DNA from: Amphiscolops sp. MND2022
Taxonomy: Eukaryota
Length of the DNA stretch: 64,000 bases
NCBI GenBank assembly: GCA_964187785.1
Contig: OZ076421.1
Span: forward strand, 10,540,001-10,604,000
Reading direction: 5' to 3'
Both the position numbers and the translations under genes were made by a program. Shown here one piece after another: positions 13,144-24,212 of the stretch. The number at the start of each line of letters is the position of its first letter. The stretch's first letter is position 1. The notes beneath the pieces were generated by a model that searched no databases, was not told the DNA's origin, and saw only the letters and a list, made by a program, of their open reading frames with translations.

Positions 13144-13529
13144 GGGGGGAGCATGGCGTAGTGATTAGAGCATTCGACCTGTACTGGGGCGGTATCAGGT
13201 TCGAATGTCTCTCAACTCACCATTGTTGGTCCTTAAGCAAGTCCTTCATCCCTAGCTTAGTGGTATGGTCAATGACACAAAATAACGCATTTGGCGGAGA
13301 AAAGCAAAACAAAAAGAGCAACGGTGAGCAGTCAGACCTTTGTGACCTTGAGCAAGTCACTTTGAAACCACAGCTTCAAGTCCACCATTACTTGACCACT
13401 TGGCTGCAAATATGGTACCATAGCTTGCTATGGGGAGATAAAATCCGAAAGGGCGCCGACTTAGAAAAGCAGAACTGCTTATTCGGCGTCCACCCCGCGG
13501 TGAGGGGGAAATTACCTTCTCTCTCTCTC
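13144..13529 (+). mobile_element. tRNA-derived SINE with CORE-like segment and (TC)n tail
   Basis: A-box-like TGGCGTAGTGATT and B-box GGTTCGAAT. TGTGACCTTGAGCAAGTCACTT at 13341-13362 resembles the MIR CORE. A 3' hairpin and (TC)n end follow. Confidence 0.65.
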
Positions 13530-14714
13530 ATCATGAAAATATTAGCACTATATCCTAGGAAAATTTCTCAAAACGCTACCTACATGTTCTAATGAATGAT
13601 TTTGAAGTACGCGAAGTATTATTCAGAAGTAATAAGAGCAAAACCGATATTTGTCCCTATTGTAGAGTTGTCGATGATACTGCACATATCTTATTTTCCT
13701 GTGTCTCATACCAAGAACACCGAAGGAGTTGCATTAAGGAGCTTAAAAATCAAAAAAACTGATGAAACGCTAGTAAGTTTGCTAAATTGCGAAAACAAGC
13801 ATGTTATAAGCGCGTTGGCTGGCTTTATTGCAAGCATCGATTAATTCTTATAATCCTGCAATCCTTACCTGCCTTCCTTCTGTGTCAATTCTTTTGTACT
13901 ACTTTCTTTGTTCTGGAATCAATGATAGAAAGTCATTTGTAGTGCCATATCCCGAAGGTTAATTGATCTCTTCTTTCTTCTTCGGCAAGGAGATAGAGCT
14001 TCATTGGTTACCAATTCAGGCCAAGTTCAATTGGTTACCAAGTTCATGTAGGGGTGGCTGTAAATAGGTCGATTTTTTCTGGTCGAAAGGACAGAGGTCG
14101 AACCTTGTGATCGAATTGCAGGGATTGAATGGAATGCGGTCGAATTTTATCGTGTTTGTTGTATGGCTCGGTCGCTCCGCTCCCTTCGCCAAATAGCAAC
14201 AATGAGGTATGGCCATATGGCACGTCGCTCCGCTTCGCTTCGCTCCTGCATTCAGGGCACTAGGGGTATGTGAACATATCTGACTACGTTATAAAAATTT
14301 CGATCCGAGTTGTTTCGATCCCATTCAAAAATTTGGTATGTCGACCTGAGGACTAACTCTGATTTTCGATCCCGTCCCTTCGACCTACTCCCGCCCACCC
14401 TTCATGTAGATCGTGAACATTTTTGGGCCGAGAACTTACCATCGAGGTATAGCACTCTTTTTTCGAGGATTTTTACTAGAATGCATCCGAGTCTTCTGAA
14501 CGGCACACTGTCCATTGTCTTTCGGTAAGGTAGGAGTGTACGCCTTTGATCTAATTCATTAGGTCTAATGGAATTAGATCTAACTTTCAGATCTAATTTA
14601 GGTCCAACTTTAAGTTCAACTTTCAGATCTAATTTCATCTAAAATACTTAGTCTAACCCCTTTATGATCTAACATGTGTTCTGAAAGCGAAAATATAATG
14701 TGATGCATGTGCGA

Positions 14715-14888
14715 TGTATGCACGCTCGCCCTCACCGTCGCAAAGACCAGCTCCCACTACAATCGCTTCGCGATCTCCGTTCCCGCTAGGTCATTGCTCC
14801 TGTTCGACCTCGCTTAGCAAGATGGAAATAGAGGCGGCCCCAAGGGGCCGCGGGGCACTAGAGGAAATGCGGACATATCCGAGGCACG
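14715..14888 (+). repeat. ~175-bp dispersed repeat, copy 2, inside an AGATCT-motif-rich element (~14530-15070)
   Basis: Same sequence as 12631-12806, with a perfect hairpin GCGGCCCC-AA-GGGGCCGC at 14834-14851. The flanks are arrays of AGATCT/AGGTCT motifs. Confidence 0.8.
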
Positions 14889-15059
14889 ATTTATACTTTA
14901 TATCACTTTTTAGTTATAGATCTTCATTGACATTTTTTTACTCAAATTAGATCAAATTAGAAGAGATTTGTAGACCTGATTATTTGGATCAATTTATTTA
15001 GATCTCAGTTTTGCCCCCTCTCTTAGATCTATATCATTAGACCTGATTCCACACACCTA

Positions 15060-15850
15060 TCAAAGTACACGTCATCAACCTCAGCTTTCTTGTCCAAGGC
15101 GAAAATTCATTGATCAAAAGCTTCAAGCAATTTCAGCAGAGTTCACCTTTTCCACAAGAAGCCACATTGGTTATCACTCAATTTATCATTGTCAATTAAG
15201 AACTTCGTAAATCGTTTTCTCAAAATTCGGTTCATAATTTTTGGGGGACGGTGGTCAGACTCATTTGGCGGTAGTTTTTTGCGTAAGATCTGCTTTCTGC
15301 TTCCTGACTTAAAATACGGCTCTACATTCGCTCTGGTCCAGGGCTCAACCATGATTTGTGAATGAAGTGATGCTAATTCTGCCCTTGTACTTTTTGGTGT
15401 TCTTGGTGAAAAGTTGTCCACTCCAGCCGACTTTGCTTTGTTAAGAAGAATTTTCTCGTTTTCGGTGAACTCAATGTTGGTATCCATAAGCTTTCTTGCC
15501 AAACCCAGGTCCTTCCGTTGCAAAAAGCGATTTGAAAAATAACGAAAGTTACTCAATTTGTAAAACATCGATTCTCAGAATCCGTGTCAGTGGAAGTGCA
15601 ATCTTTAGTTTTGATTGCTGGAACAGACTCCCTCCCTAACGATCTTCCACAGTCATGGCTCCAGATCGTCTTTGGTTTAACGTTTTTGCTTTCGGTTATA
15701 TACTAGTGTTTATCTGCTGCAAATTTCTCGGTTACCTCTTTCAACCATTTTCTACTAGTTTTGTATTTCTTGTTGTTCTCAAGAGACTTGTTTTCGACGT
15801 GATTCGTTCACTGTCTCCTCTTCTTTTTAAGCATTTTTGTGAGTCGTATA
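15060..15850 (-). pseudogene. Decayed LINE ORF2 fragment (APE-RT linker plus RT N-terminus)
   Basis: 'LKKKRRQ*..KKYKTSR..KPKTIW' (linker), then 'NKAKSAGVDNF.PR', 'WTRANV.PYFKSGS' and 'LSDNQCGF'. Confidence 0.7.
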
Positions 15851-15854
15851 TCGT

Positions 15855-16240
15855 CTTTGATTGTTGGATCTAATGTTCCCTTCTGGAACGAAGTTTTTTT
15901 ACTGATTGAGCGATGTTACTTTTGGGAAAAAGTCATATACCTCTCGACATCCAACCCCTCAACAGTCAAAATCCCAAAAACAATTGCAACTGCTAACGAT
16001 TCAATCACCAACCGACGTATCTATTGGCTGAACTTCGCTCTACATAAGCTTCTAGGCTCACTGAATCTACCCATTGTGTCACCAAATTTTAATCGTGATT
16101 TTGACACCAAGATATTCTGCCGTGACGGAGTTCACTTTTCCTTCTTTGGAAATCATATTTTCACCCGCATTCTGTCTTTCTATATTTCTCACTATAGTTG
16201 TAACTTTCTTCAAATGGAAATAATCCAATTGTACATATAA
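15855..16240 (+). pseudogene. 5'-truncated SGNH/GDSL-hydrolase-like ORF (putative ORF1 of the CRE-like element)
   Basis: Block III-like 'IVGSNV', 'NRRIYWLNFAL' and block V 'RDGVHFSFFGN'. The stop at 16240 lies 27 nt before the next ATG (16268). Confidence 0.55.
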
Positions 16241-16267
16241 CTGACCTGACAACCTTCCCTCAATTCC

Positions 16268-19200
16268 ATGGCAGATCAAACGCATTGTAGTAAATTCAAC
16301 GGGCATCTGAGGGGCGGAGGTGTATGGTGCAACGAGTGCGGCTACATTCATTAACGATGCAGCGGTCTGGCATCCGGACGAGACCACTACGCGAGTTTCA
16401 TCTGTCAAACCTGCAATCTTGCCGCCACCCCGCAAGACGACACCATCACACCGCCCGCAGCGACGCCACAAGCCAATCCGCTTACAACTGTAGAAATAAA
16501 CCAAAACGACCCTGACACCTCCCCTAATGTCACTCCGCCCACACCTGCTGACTTCTGGACGAAAATAACACCAACACATACTGACTTTATCAAAAAAGCT
16601 ACTCTGAAATAGTCCACTGGAAGCCCCAATTTGTCACTCTCAGCAAAAACCAAACTGGACATTGCTTCATCGAAAGCCTCCGCATTATCTTTGATGAAGT
16701 TGCCGAAAAATCGCGAAACTCGAATGTAGTAATTTACTCAGCGATGGTAATGCCCCATCTAGTTCTGGCCCGTACGAAAGAGAAACGTGAAACATCCATC
16801 GGAAAAACCATTCAAAGACGAATGGAAGCATGGCTTAGCTGCGAATTCGAGGCGCTCTTCAACGAAGCAAAGGCACTGCAGCTACGTACACCAAAAGTGC
16901 GGAAAACCCAGAACCCTGATGAAATGAAAAGTTTTGACATCCAAATGGCATCCGGGAAAATCTCAAATGCATTGCGGTGTCTGGATGAGTCTCAGAAAGG
17001 CAACGTCCTCTCGCTGCAAGAAAGAGTGGGAAACAAAACCGTAATGCAAATCCTTCAGGAGAAACACCCAAAACCGATGACATCAAAAGACAGCTACGTC
17101 ACTAACGAAAATGACCACACCCTGGAACACCATCACAGTATTTTCGACAAAGTCAACGCCTCGACAGTCCGAATAACAGCCATGGTAATGCAAGGTAGCC
17201 ACGGACCATCCGGCGTCGACGCCAACGACTGGCGCAGGTGGCTTTCACATTTCGGTCAAGCAACCACGAACCTCTGCAAGGCTCTTGCGGCATTTGCCCG
17301 GAGACTCGCAACAGAACAACTGCATGATCTAACTTCCTACAACGCATGTCGTCTCATACCGTTTGACAAAAACCCAGGTGTCAGACCAATCGGAGTGAGC
17401 GAAGTCATCAGACGCATAATCGGGAGGAACATTCTTCGATGCATCGGGAACGATCTCAAGATCTTGGGCCAGAATAGGCAACTCTGCCTTGGTCAAAAAT
17501 GTGGCATCGAACACGCCATTCACAGTCTACGTGAGACGTTCGAGCTGCCAGAGACAGAAGGGCTTCTCCTGATTGACGCCAAAAAGGCGTTCAATAATCT
17601 AAATAGGGATCTGGCCCTGAAAAAAATTCAGAAAACCTGTCCATCCATCATAACAGCGCTCCGAAACTCATATGGTACACCTTCAACCCATTACGTGAAT
17701 GGGATAACTCTCTTGTCGCAAGAAGGAACTACTCAAGGCGACCCTTTGGCTATGTCCATGTATGGCAATGCGCTTCTACCGTTAATGGACCTCGCGAACG
17801 AAGAAGGAGTGCTTCAAAAATGGTATGCTGACGATGGCAAGGTAGCCGGTAGCATCGAATCGCTCCGAAATCTCTTCGAAAAACTGAAGCTCCACGGTCC
17901 CGCATTTGGATACAACATCACTAAATGTCATCTCATCACGAAAGATTCCTCCATTGACAAAGCAAAAGAACTCTTTAAAGACGAGGATGTTGAACTAGTG
18001 GGAGGACACCGTGTACTGGGGTCCGTAATTGGATCGTCCGAGGCCTGTCACGCTTTCCGGTCCTCCAAACTCACTGAGTACACAAACTGAGTACATGAAC
18101 AACTTGCGTCACATGCGAAAAAGTCACCACAGAATGTCTATCATGCATTTACAAAAGGTGTTCAACACAAACTCACCTTCCTGTCAAGAACAACACCTGA
18201 CATGGAAAACACACTGCAAAAAACCGAATCTCTCTTAACGACGAATCTGATCCCTAACATCACCGGCCGTGGTCAGTTATCTATAGTAGAACGTTCTCTT
18301 TTCTCCCTAGCGCTCAGCAAAGGTGGGCTGAATATCCTTTCACCCGAAGACAGGAGAAACGATCTGCAGTGGTCAAAGGATGTTACTTCTCATCTAGATG
18401 AAGAGGATCTAACCACCGCTAAAGCGAAGCAACACTCAACAGTAAACATGATAAAGAAACAGAAGCAAGAAATTCAAAAAAACTAAGCTTGAAGAACTCA
18501 AATGCAACTTGAATGACGAACAACGACACGCAGTTACACTTGTTTCAGAAAAAGGAGCATCCAGCTGGCTAGCAGCCCTCCCACTGAAACGCTATGGTTT
18601 CACTCTTACGAAGTCTGAATTTCGGGACGGTCTCGCGCTGCGCTACGGTTGGGAGCCAAGGAACTTACCTCCAAAATGCCCATGTGGTGAACCCTTCACT
18701 GTTGCCCATTCCCTACACTGCGGAAAAGGAGGCTACACTCACATGAGACATGACGAAATACGCGATACGTTTGCAAAGATAATTAAAGGCGTTTGCTTCG
18801 ACGACGAGGTGGAGCCGAAACGTCAGAGGTTAGAAGGGGAATCCTTCGAATATAAATCAACTTTCACTGAAGATGAAGCTCGTCTCGATATCAGAGCAAA
18901 TGGACTCTGGGATTCACGATTCTCGAGAACGTTTTTTGACGTCAAAATTTTCAACCCACTGGCCAAGTCCTGTCCGGAAGAAGTAAAGGAAGCGTATAAA
19001 TATCATGAAACTTTGAAAAAAACTGAAGTACGAACAGAGAATCCTTGATGTGGAAAACAGCTCATTCAATCCTCTTGTCTTCGCGTGTTCAGGAGGCGCA
19101 GGTCCTTCAGCCTCGAAAGTTATGTCCCGACTTGCTCTGAAGATCAGCGAAAAAGGACATGACAGCTACTCGGAGCCATAGGATACATCAGGACGCAAAT

Positions 19201-19284
19201 TAGCTTCGCTTTGCTACGCAGTTTCGTGCTATGACTCAGAGGATCTCGATCTACTCGCCGTCAAACTGAGGAATCATCTATCTC
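16268..19284 (+). mobile_element. CRE-like RLE non-LTR retrotransposon ORF (PHD finger, RT, CCHC, restriction-like endonuclease), decayed
   Basis: PHD-like 'WCNECGYIH.RC..FICQTC'; 'YSEIVHWKPQF'; RT motifs 'GPSGVD', 'RPIGVSEVIRRIIG', 'GTTQGDPLAM', 'WYADDG'; 'CPCGEPFTVAHSLHC'; RLE 'RLDIRA..FFDVKIFNP'. Broken by stops and frameshifts (ORFs 16744-18090, 18202-18486, 18509-19048). Confidence 0.9.
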
Positions 19285-20582
19285 TTGGAAATATAGTACA
19301 TTCTGTCTTACTTGATCTATCTAAAGCTTCTGACTCACTTTCACATCAAATTCTTCTCAAGAAACTCGAATCGTTACATTTTTCACCTTCGGCTACACAA
19401 ATCGTGGAAAGTTTTTTAACAGGTCGATTGCAACAAGTCTCTGTGAATGGTGTTCTGTCTGAATGGATTGAATTGAAACAAGGTGTTTCCCCAAGGAACA
19501 GTCGTAGGACCATTATTTTTCAACCTGTATGTGAATGATCTTCCAGAACTTATAAGTAGACCTGCTCATGTATTACCGTATGCTGACGTTTGTTTAGTTT
19601 TCTGTAGTGATAAAAAATCTGAGATTGCTCTTGAAATATTGCGAGACAATATATATAAATTAGAAGAATACTTTTGTCTGAACAAGCTGAATTTAAACGG
19701 AAGTAAAACGAATTCATAACCTTCTCCCTCAAAAGATAAACGCCTCAACGACTCAGAAACAGTTACTGTGGGCTCCACCTTAGTAAAGAAATCAGACCAT
19801 TGCAAATACTTAGGTGTAACCATTGATAAACAGCTCGGGTTCCAAACACAAGTTAAAAAAGTGCTGAACAAAATGGCAGTTGGTATAAAAACTGTTGAAA
19901 CTGTCCAACACAGGTTTCCAACTGGGGTACTTCGCATGCTTTTCCACGCACTTGTGATGAGTCACCTGGAATATTTTCTATTGTTTTTCTTCAAAGTTGG
20001 TTCTTCTTTGTTGCTCTCACTAGAAAAACAGATGAATTGGGCTTTGAAAAGCGTGTTTTTTCGTTCGAATATCAAGTCATCTCATGAATTGAGAAAAAAC
20101 AAAGGTATAATCAGTATACGTCACTTGATTATGTTCAAATCCCTGATTTACTTCTTTCAGTACATTAATAATAAAAAAAAGCTTTCCAAAACCAGTTGAA
20201 GTTACCTACAGCAACATATCGAAGGAATTCCCGTACGAATCAAGTTGTTTATACGGGTAATTTTTCATCTGTTTCAACTTCATCATTCTTTCATTGTACT
20301 GCACTAAAGTGGAACTCACTACCACTACATATGCGAGATCCAAGTGTGAGTCTACATGTATTCAAAAGTAGATTGAAAATTCATCTGGAAAAAGAGTCAA
20401 ATGCAATTCCTATTCAAGTAGCTAGTACCTGGCGTGATTTCCGCTTCAAATAAACCTGTCTGTCTTTCTTTTAATTGTTGTAAAGTTCGAGAAAACTACT
20501 TATGCTTGCATAAGTCATGTACACTTATTGTATGGTAAGCTGTCAGCTATCCCCTCAGAGTGTTGTCTCTCTCTCTCTCTCT
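19285..20582 (+). mobile_element. 5'-truncated CR1/L2-group LINE fragment (RT C-terminal half and 3' UTR)
   Basis: 'VLLDLSKASD', 'QGTVVGPLFFNLYVNDL', 'YADV', 'LNLNGSKT', 'KYLGVTID', 'KWNSLP'. Several frameshifts; (CT)n at ~20567-20582. Confidence 0.8.
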
Positions 20583-20789
20583 GCAATGGTTGAAGACGGA
20601 AGGTTGTCGTGACTTACCTCGACGATCCTAATCTGGTGATTCCTGCGATATATTTACAGTCGATGTTTTTTAAAATTATGATACGATGCCCTTATCTATA
20701 AATCTCTCCTCCACTTGATGTTCTTGGTGCTTGTTTCATTCAGGGGACCGTTTTTGACACTGTATGGATGCTCTGCAGCTTGCAGCGAT

Positions 20790-23143
20790 TGTCACGACCC
20801 GCTCCCGGTCGTGGGTGTGAATGGTGTTTCGCCCTAGGAAGAGGCAGAGGAAGGGGATACTGCAAGTACCATTAAAATACTGACTAAACTAATATAATTC
20901 TACTTACAGCGCAGCTAAGATTATTTCGTAGACAATTTTTCAGAATAAGAATCTAACGTATGCGTCACGGAAGATTTTGAGAAATGATTTTTAGCTAAAA
21001 CTTCCGGTTAAAAGATTTCACGCTTAATAGATTTTCCATATCCGGTTTAATCTTCTGAAGTTCGCCATACTGATCTAATTACCAAAATAGACATTTAACA
21101 ACAGGGATTTTTCTTCAGTTCCACACTAAAATAAAACACATTTAAAATCCCGCAATCCCAACGGAATCCATACGATCTAAAAGGAAAAATACATAAAAGA
21201 CAGAGTTGTTTTGGTGTTTTCTGTGATAAAGTAGTTGTCAATACCCACTTAAGGCGCAATCAAGTGACTTAAGAGAGGATTTACAACGTAATGACGGCGT
21301 CACTCTACTGAGCTAAAATTAGATATTCTACTTTCGCGGACTAATAACGTCACCTCCTCGGCAGGATTATTCTTAGCTAGCGCGAGCGGTATTGAATTCG
21401 GTTGCCCCTAGCAACGCCAATCAGAATAAGAGAGAAAGAATGATTTCGCCTACGCGTTCCGCTCGCTTTCTGTCCACTCTGACCTACTAGCTATAAGCAA
21501 TCTTTATACGTACGTAGCAGTTACGTGGCGAATTGTAAAATTGTAGTCCACCTCTCTACTATAAGCAATCTTAATACATACGAAGCATTTACGAAGTGGT
21601 TTGAGAACATATAGTTAGGAAAGAATGGAACGAATGAAAGTTTAAGAGAATTTTTTCTGGTTCATTATTAGCTAAGGAATTTCTTGATTAGGTTTTAGAG
21701 GAAAACAGCTGCTCTGTAAGGAAGGATTATGAGAAGAACAAAGTTGTAATGTCCTGAATTCTATACTAATTTATTACGCCATTGCTATACTTCTTAAATA
21801 CTATTTTACGGAGTGTACCCGTAATTCATACCAATGCTTTCTTTGCAGTTTATGATCAGTTGATGGTGATGAATTTTGCACTAATCCTCGTAAACTTACG
21901 TCATGTTTTCTGTATGATAAAAGCTGTATTACTCAGGACCTAATTCCAAGTCACGAAGTGTATACGTAAATTATACTGATGTCTGTTTGATGCTAATTTT
22001 ATAACCTAACCCTAAATATGATGATGAATGAATGATCCCGAAAGCAATTTCGGATTTGTACCAGTTTTGAAAAGCCTTTGTTACATTGTTTTATTTTTAT
22101 TCTTGTGCTGTTGCAGTTAGTTAGTATTTGGGACATGATACGGAGTATTCCCGTAACCCAAGTCAATTATTATGTTGGATTTCATGTTTGTTGTATACTG
22201 AAGTCAGTCTGCCTTAATGCCCATCAGCATCATTTGTTTCTCGTTTCAAATATTCTCAACGGCGAATTTTCAGCGACGTATCGTTTCCGTCACCATTTTT
22301 GAACATCATCTTTTTCCTCAAAATTCCAACTCCTTGAGTTGGATACTGACTAATAGTTCACGCCGGCGTGCTTACGCCGATGAAAATGTCAGTTAGACTT
22401 CTATTTTACCGCGGTTTTGAAGATCAAACAGGAAATGGATTATCTGAACAAAAATGATTTCAACAAAGTCCCACGGAATGTTGACGCAACTAGGAATTTC
22501 GATACCTGAATTTATGTCGCCAGACTGAAATAATTTGAATCATCGGCGAATTTTGTTGAACAAACCCGATTTTTAAGATTCCTAGGAAATTTTAGGTGAG
22601 GAACAAATGATGCTAAGAAGGTATAAATATGAAGAGAAGACATGTATTTTTAGTTGAACTTGAATTTGTTTCAAAATTTTGTTGCTCGTTGAAATTACGA
22701 AAACTCAAAATTTCTTTGAAGAATTTAATTCTTGCCAAAGACTCTGATATCTCAACTTTTGAAAATGACGACAAGGAGCCAGAAGAGAAAAGCTATAGCC
22801 GAGTTAGCGTCGGGAGATTTTGAAGCTTCTCTAACTGAAAATAACTCCACCGAGAACCTGATACCTAGCTCTAGTAAAAACCCTAGACTTGAGCTTGAAA
22901 ACCTGGAGGAAATAAAAACAACTCTGAGAAAAGAGATAATGACTGATCTAATAAAAATATTAGCTGAAAATCAAAAGGAAATGCTCAAATTAATAGCACC
23001 TGCGAGTAAGAAACGCTCAGTTAATCCGAACTTGCAAGATTCTGATTCTGACCAAGAAAACATCTCCGTAGCAAGAACGTCCACCCCAGTCAAAACACAA
23101 ACTGCGACTAGTTCTAAAACGACACCGAACAATAGTCGTAACA
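20790..23143 (+). repeat. 5' LTR (2354 bp)
   Basis: Starts TGTCACGAC and ends GTCGTAACA (8/9 inverted match). Near-identical to 34953-37299. Confidence 0.97.
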
Positions 23144-24174
23144 TGGTGACAGAAGTCCTCAATGATTTCACTAACCAACCCACCAAAAGACCAAAAGCAC
23201 AACGTATACTCAGCGAACAACCAAAAGACCGACCATCCACGTCAAAGATACTGTTCGCACCACAACCGCAGACGTTCCCATCTGCCCACCCACTTCCGAT
23301 GCCGAAAGCCCTCACAGCTTCGCTTCCAGTTTTTGATGGTAAGTCCGAAAAATTTGAACTTTTTGAGGACTTGTTCCGAAACAATATTAAAATGTATCCC
23401 CACTTGACGGAAATCCAAAAAATCAACTACTTCCACTCACTACTACGCGGGAACGCACTCCAAGCGTACTGCAACTTAGACGACACTAAAAAAGACAATC
23501 TGGAAGAAGTCATAACAGCTTTCAAACGACGTTTTGGCGATTTTCAATCCTCCGCCAAAGCAAGATGCGAGTGGGACGCACTCCACTTTGACCCCACCAA
23601 ACAAAAACTACACGAATTCCTTGATATCCTACAAAAAACCGCCAAAGAAGCGTTTGGCTCTGAAGCACAGAAATTCATCGACAACGCAATCTACGCCAAA
23701 ATGCCCGACCACGTAAAAAAGATACTCAACAGGGCATACTTGGAGGATAAACCCTACAATGATATAATTCTCCACCTCGAACGGGAAATGCGATTAAACG
23801 GACTAGGAGCGCCCGATGAAACCACCCTAGTCCCACTCAACACAGTGGACGCTGTAGTGACGGAAGACAAAAAAGACCAACAACAACGAGGTCATTGTTT
23901 CCACTGCGGAAAATACGGCCACTATAAAGCACAGTGTCGCAGGCTCCAGAGAGAACGCTACAACAACGCCAAACCTCCTACCAAAGACTTAAACCAAAGC
24001 GAAGCCCCCAAACCCAAGTGCAATACATGCGGAAAAATGCACAAAACCGAGAAATGTTGGAACGGAGCAAATGCGGCAAATGACCCCAGACGAAAGAAGA
24101 GGGAATTCACCATCCCCACGGACAAAATCAGTGACGCCCCTGTCCCCACCGCCAACACCCAAACAAAAAACTAA
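22765..24174 (+). CDS. gag: Gag polyprotein (starts inside the LTR)
   Basis: Open from ATG 22765 (MTTRSQKRK) across the LTR end and PBS. Capsid-like 'LPVFDGKSEKFELFEDLF'; zinc knuckles 'CFHCGKYGHYKAQC' and 'CNTCGKMHKTEKC'. Confidence 0.92.
   Translation: MTTRSQKRKAIAELASGDFEASLTENNSTENLIPSSSKNPRLELENLEEIKTTLRKEIMTDLIKILAENQKEMLKLIAPASKKRSVNPNLQDSDSDQENISVARTSTPVKTQTATSSKTTPNNSRNMVTEVLNDFTNQPTKRPKAQRILSEQPKDRPSTSKILFAPQPQTFPSAHPLPMPKALTASLPVFDGKSEKFELFEDLFRNNIKMYPHLTEIQKINYFHSLLRGNALQAYCNLDDTKKDNLEEVITAFKRRFGDFQSSAKARCEWDALHFDPTKQKLHEFLDILQKTAKEAFGSEAQKFIDNAIYAKMPDHVKKILNRAYLEDKPYNDIILHLEREMRLNGLGAPDETTLVPLNTVDAVVTEDKKDQQQRGHCFHCGKYGHYKAQCRRLQRERYNNAKPPTKDLNQSEAPKPKCNTCGKMHKTEKCWNGANAANDPRRKKREFTIPTDKISDAPVPTANTQTKN
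23144..23156 (+). promoter_or_regulatory. Primer-binding site, probably tRNA-Leu
   Basis: TGGTGACAGAAGT immediately follows the LTR. It has one mismatch to TGGTGTCAGAAGT, the complement of a typical eukaryotic tRNA-Leu 3' end. Confidence 0.7.
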
Positions 24175-24212
24175 AATCGCCGCGTCTACGGTTCGGGGAA
24201 AATGTAGACGCG
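24165..24212 (+). promoter_or_regulatory. -1 programmed ribosomal frameshift signal
   Basis: In-frame heptamer A AAA AAC (24165-24171) directly before the gag stop. A perfect 9-bp stem CGCGTCTAC/GTAGACGCG (24181-24189 / 24204-24212) follows after a 9-nt spacer. Confidence 0.75.

Noticed and set aside
13144-13215. Functional tRNA gene
   Set aside because: It has A and B boxes but no convincing cloverleaf or acceptor stem, and it continues into a SINE body.
15611-15640. 'LIAGTDSL', a possible GDSL block I for the SGNH ORF
   Set aside because: The opposite strand reads convincingly as a LINE APE-RT linker (LKKKRR..KKYK..KPKTIW), so the match is probably coincidental.
22005-22016. Telomeric repeat (CCTAACCCTAA) in the LTR
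   Set aside because: Fewer than two units, which is expected by chance.
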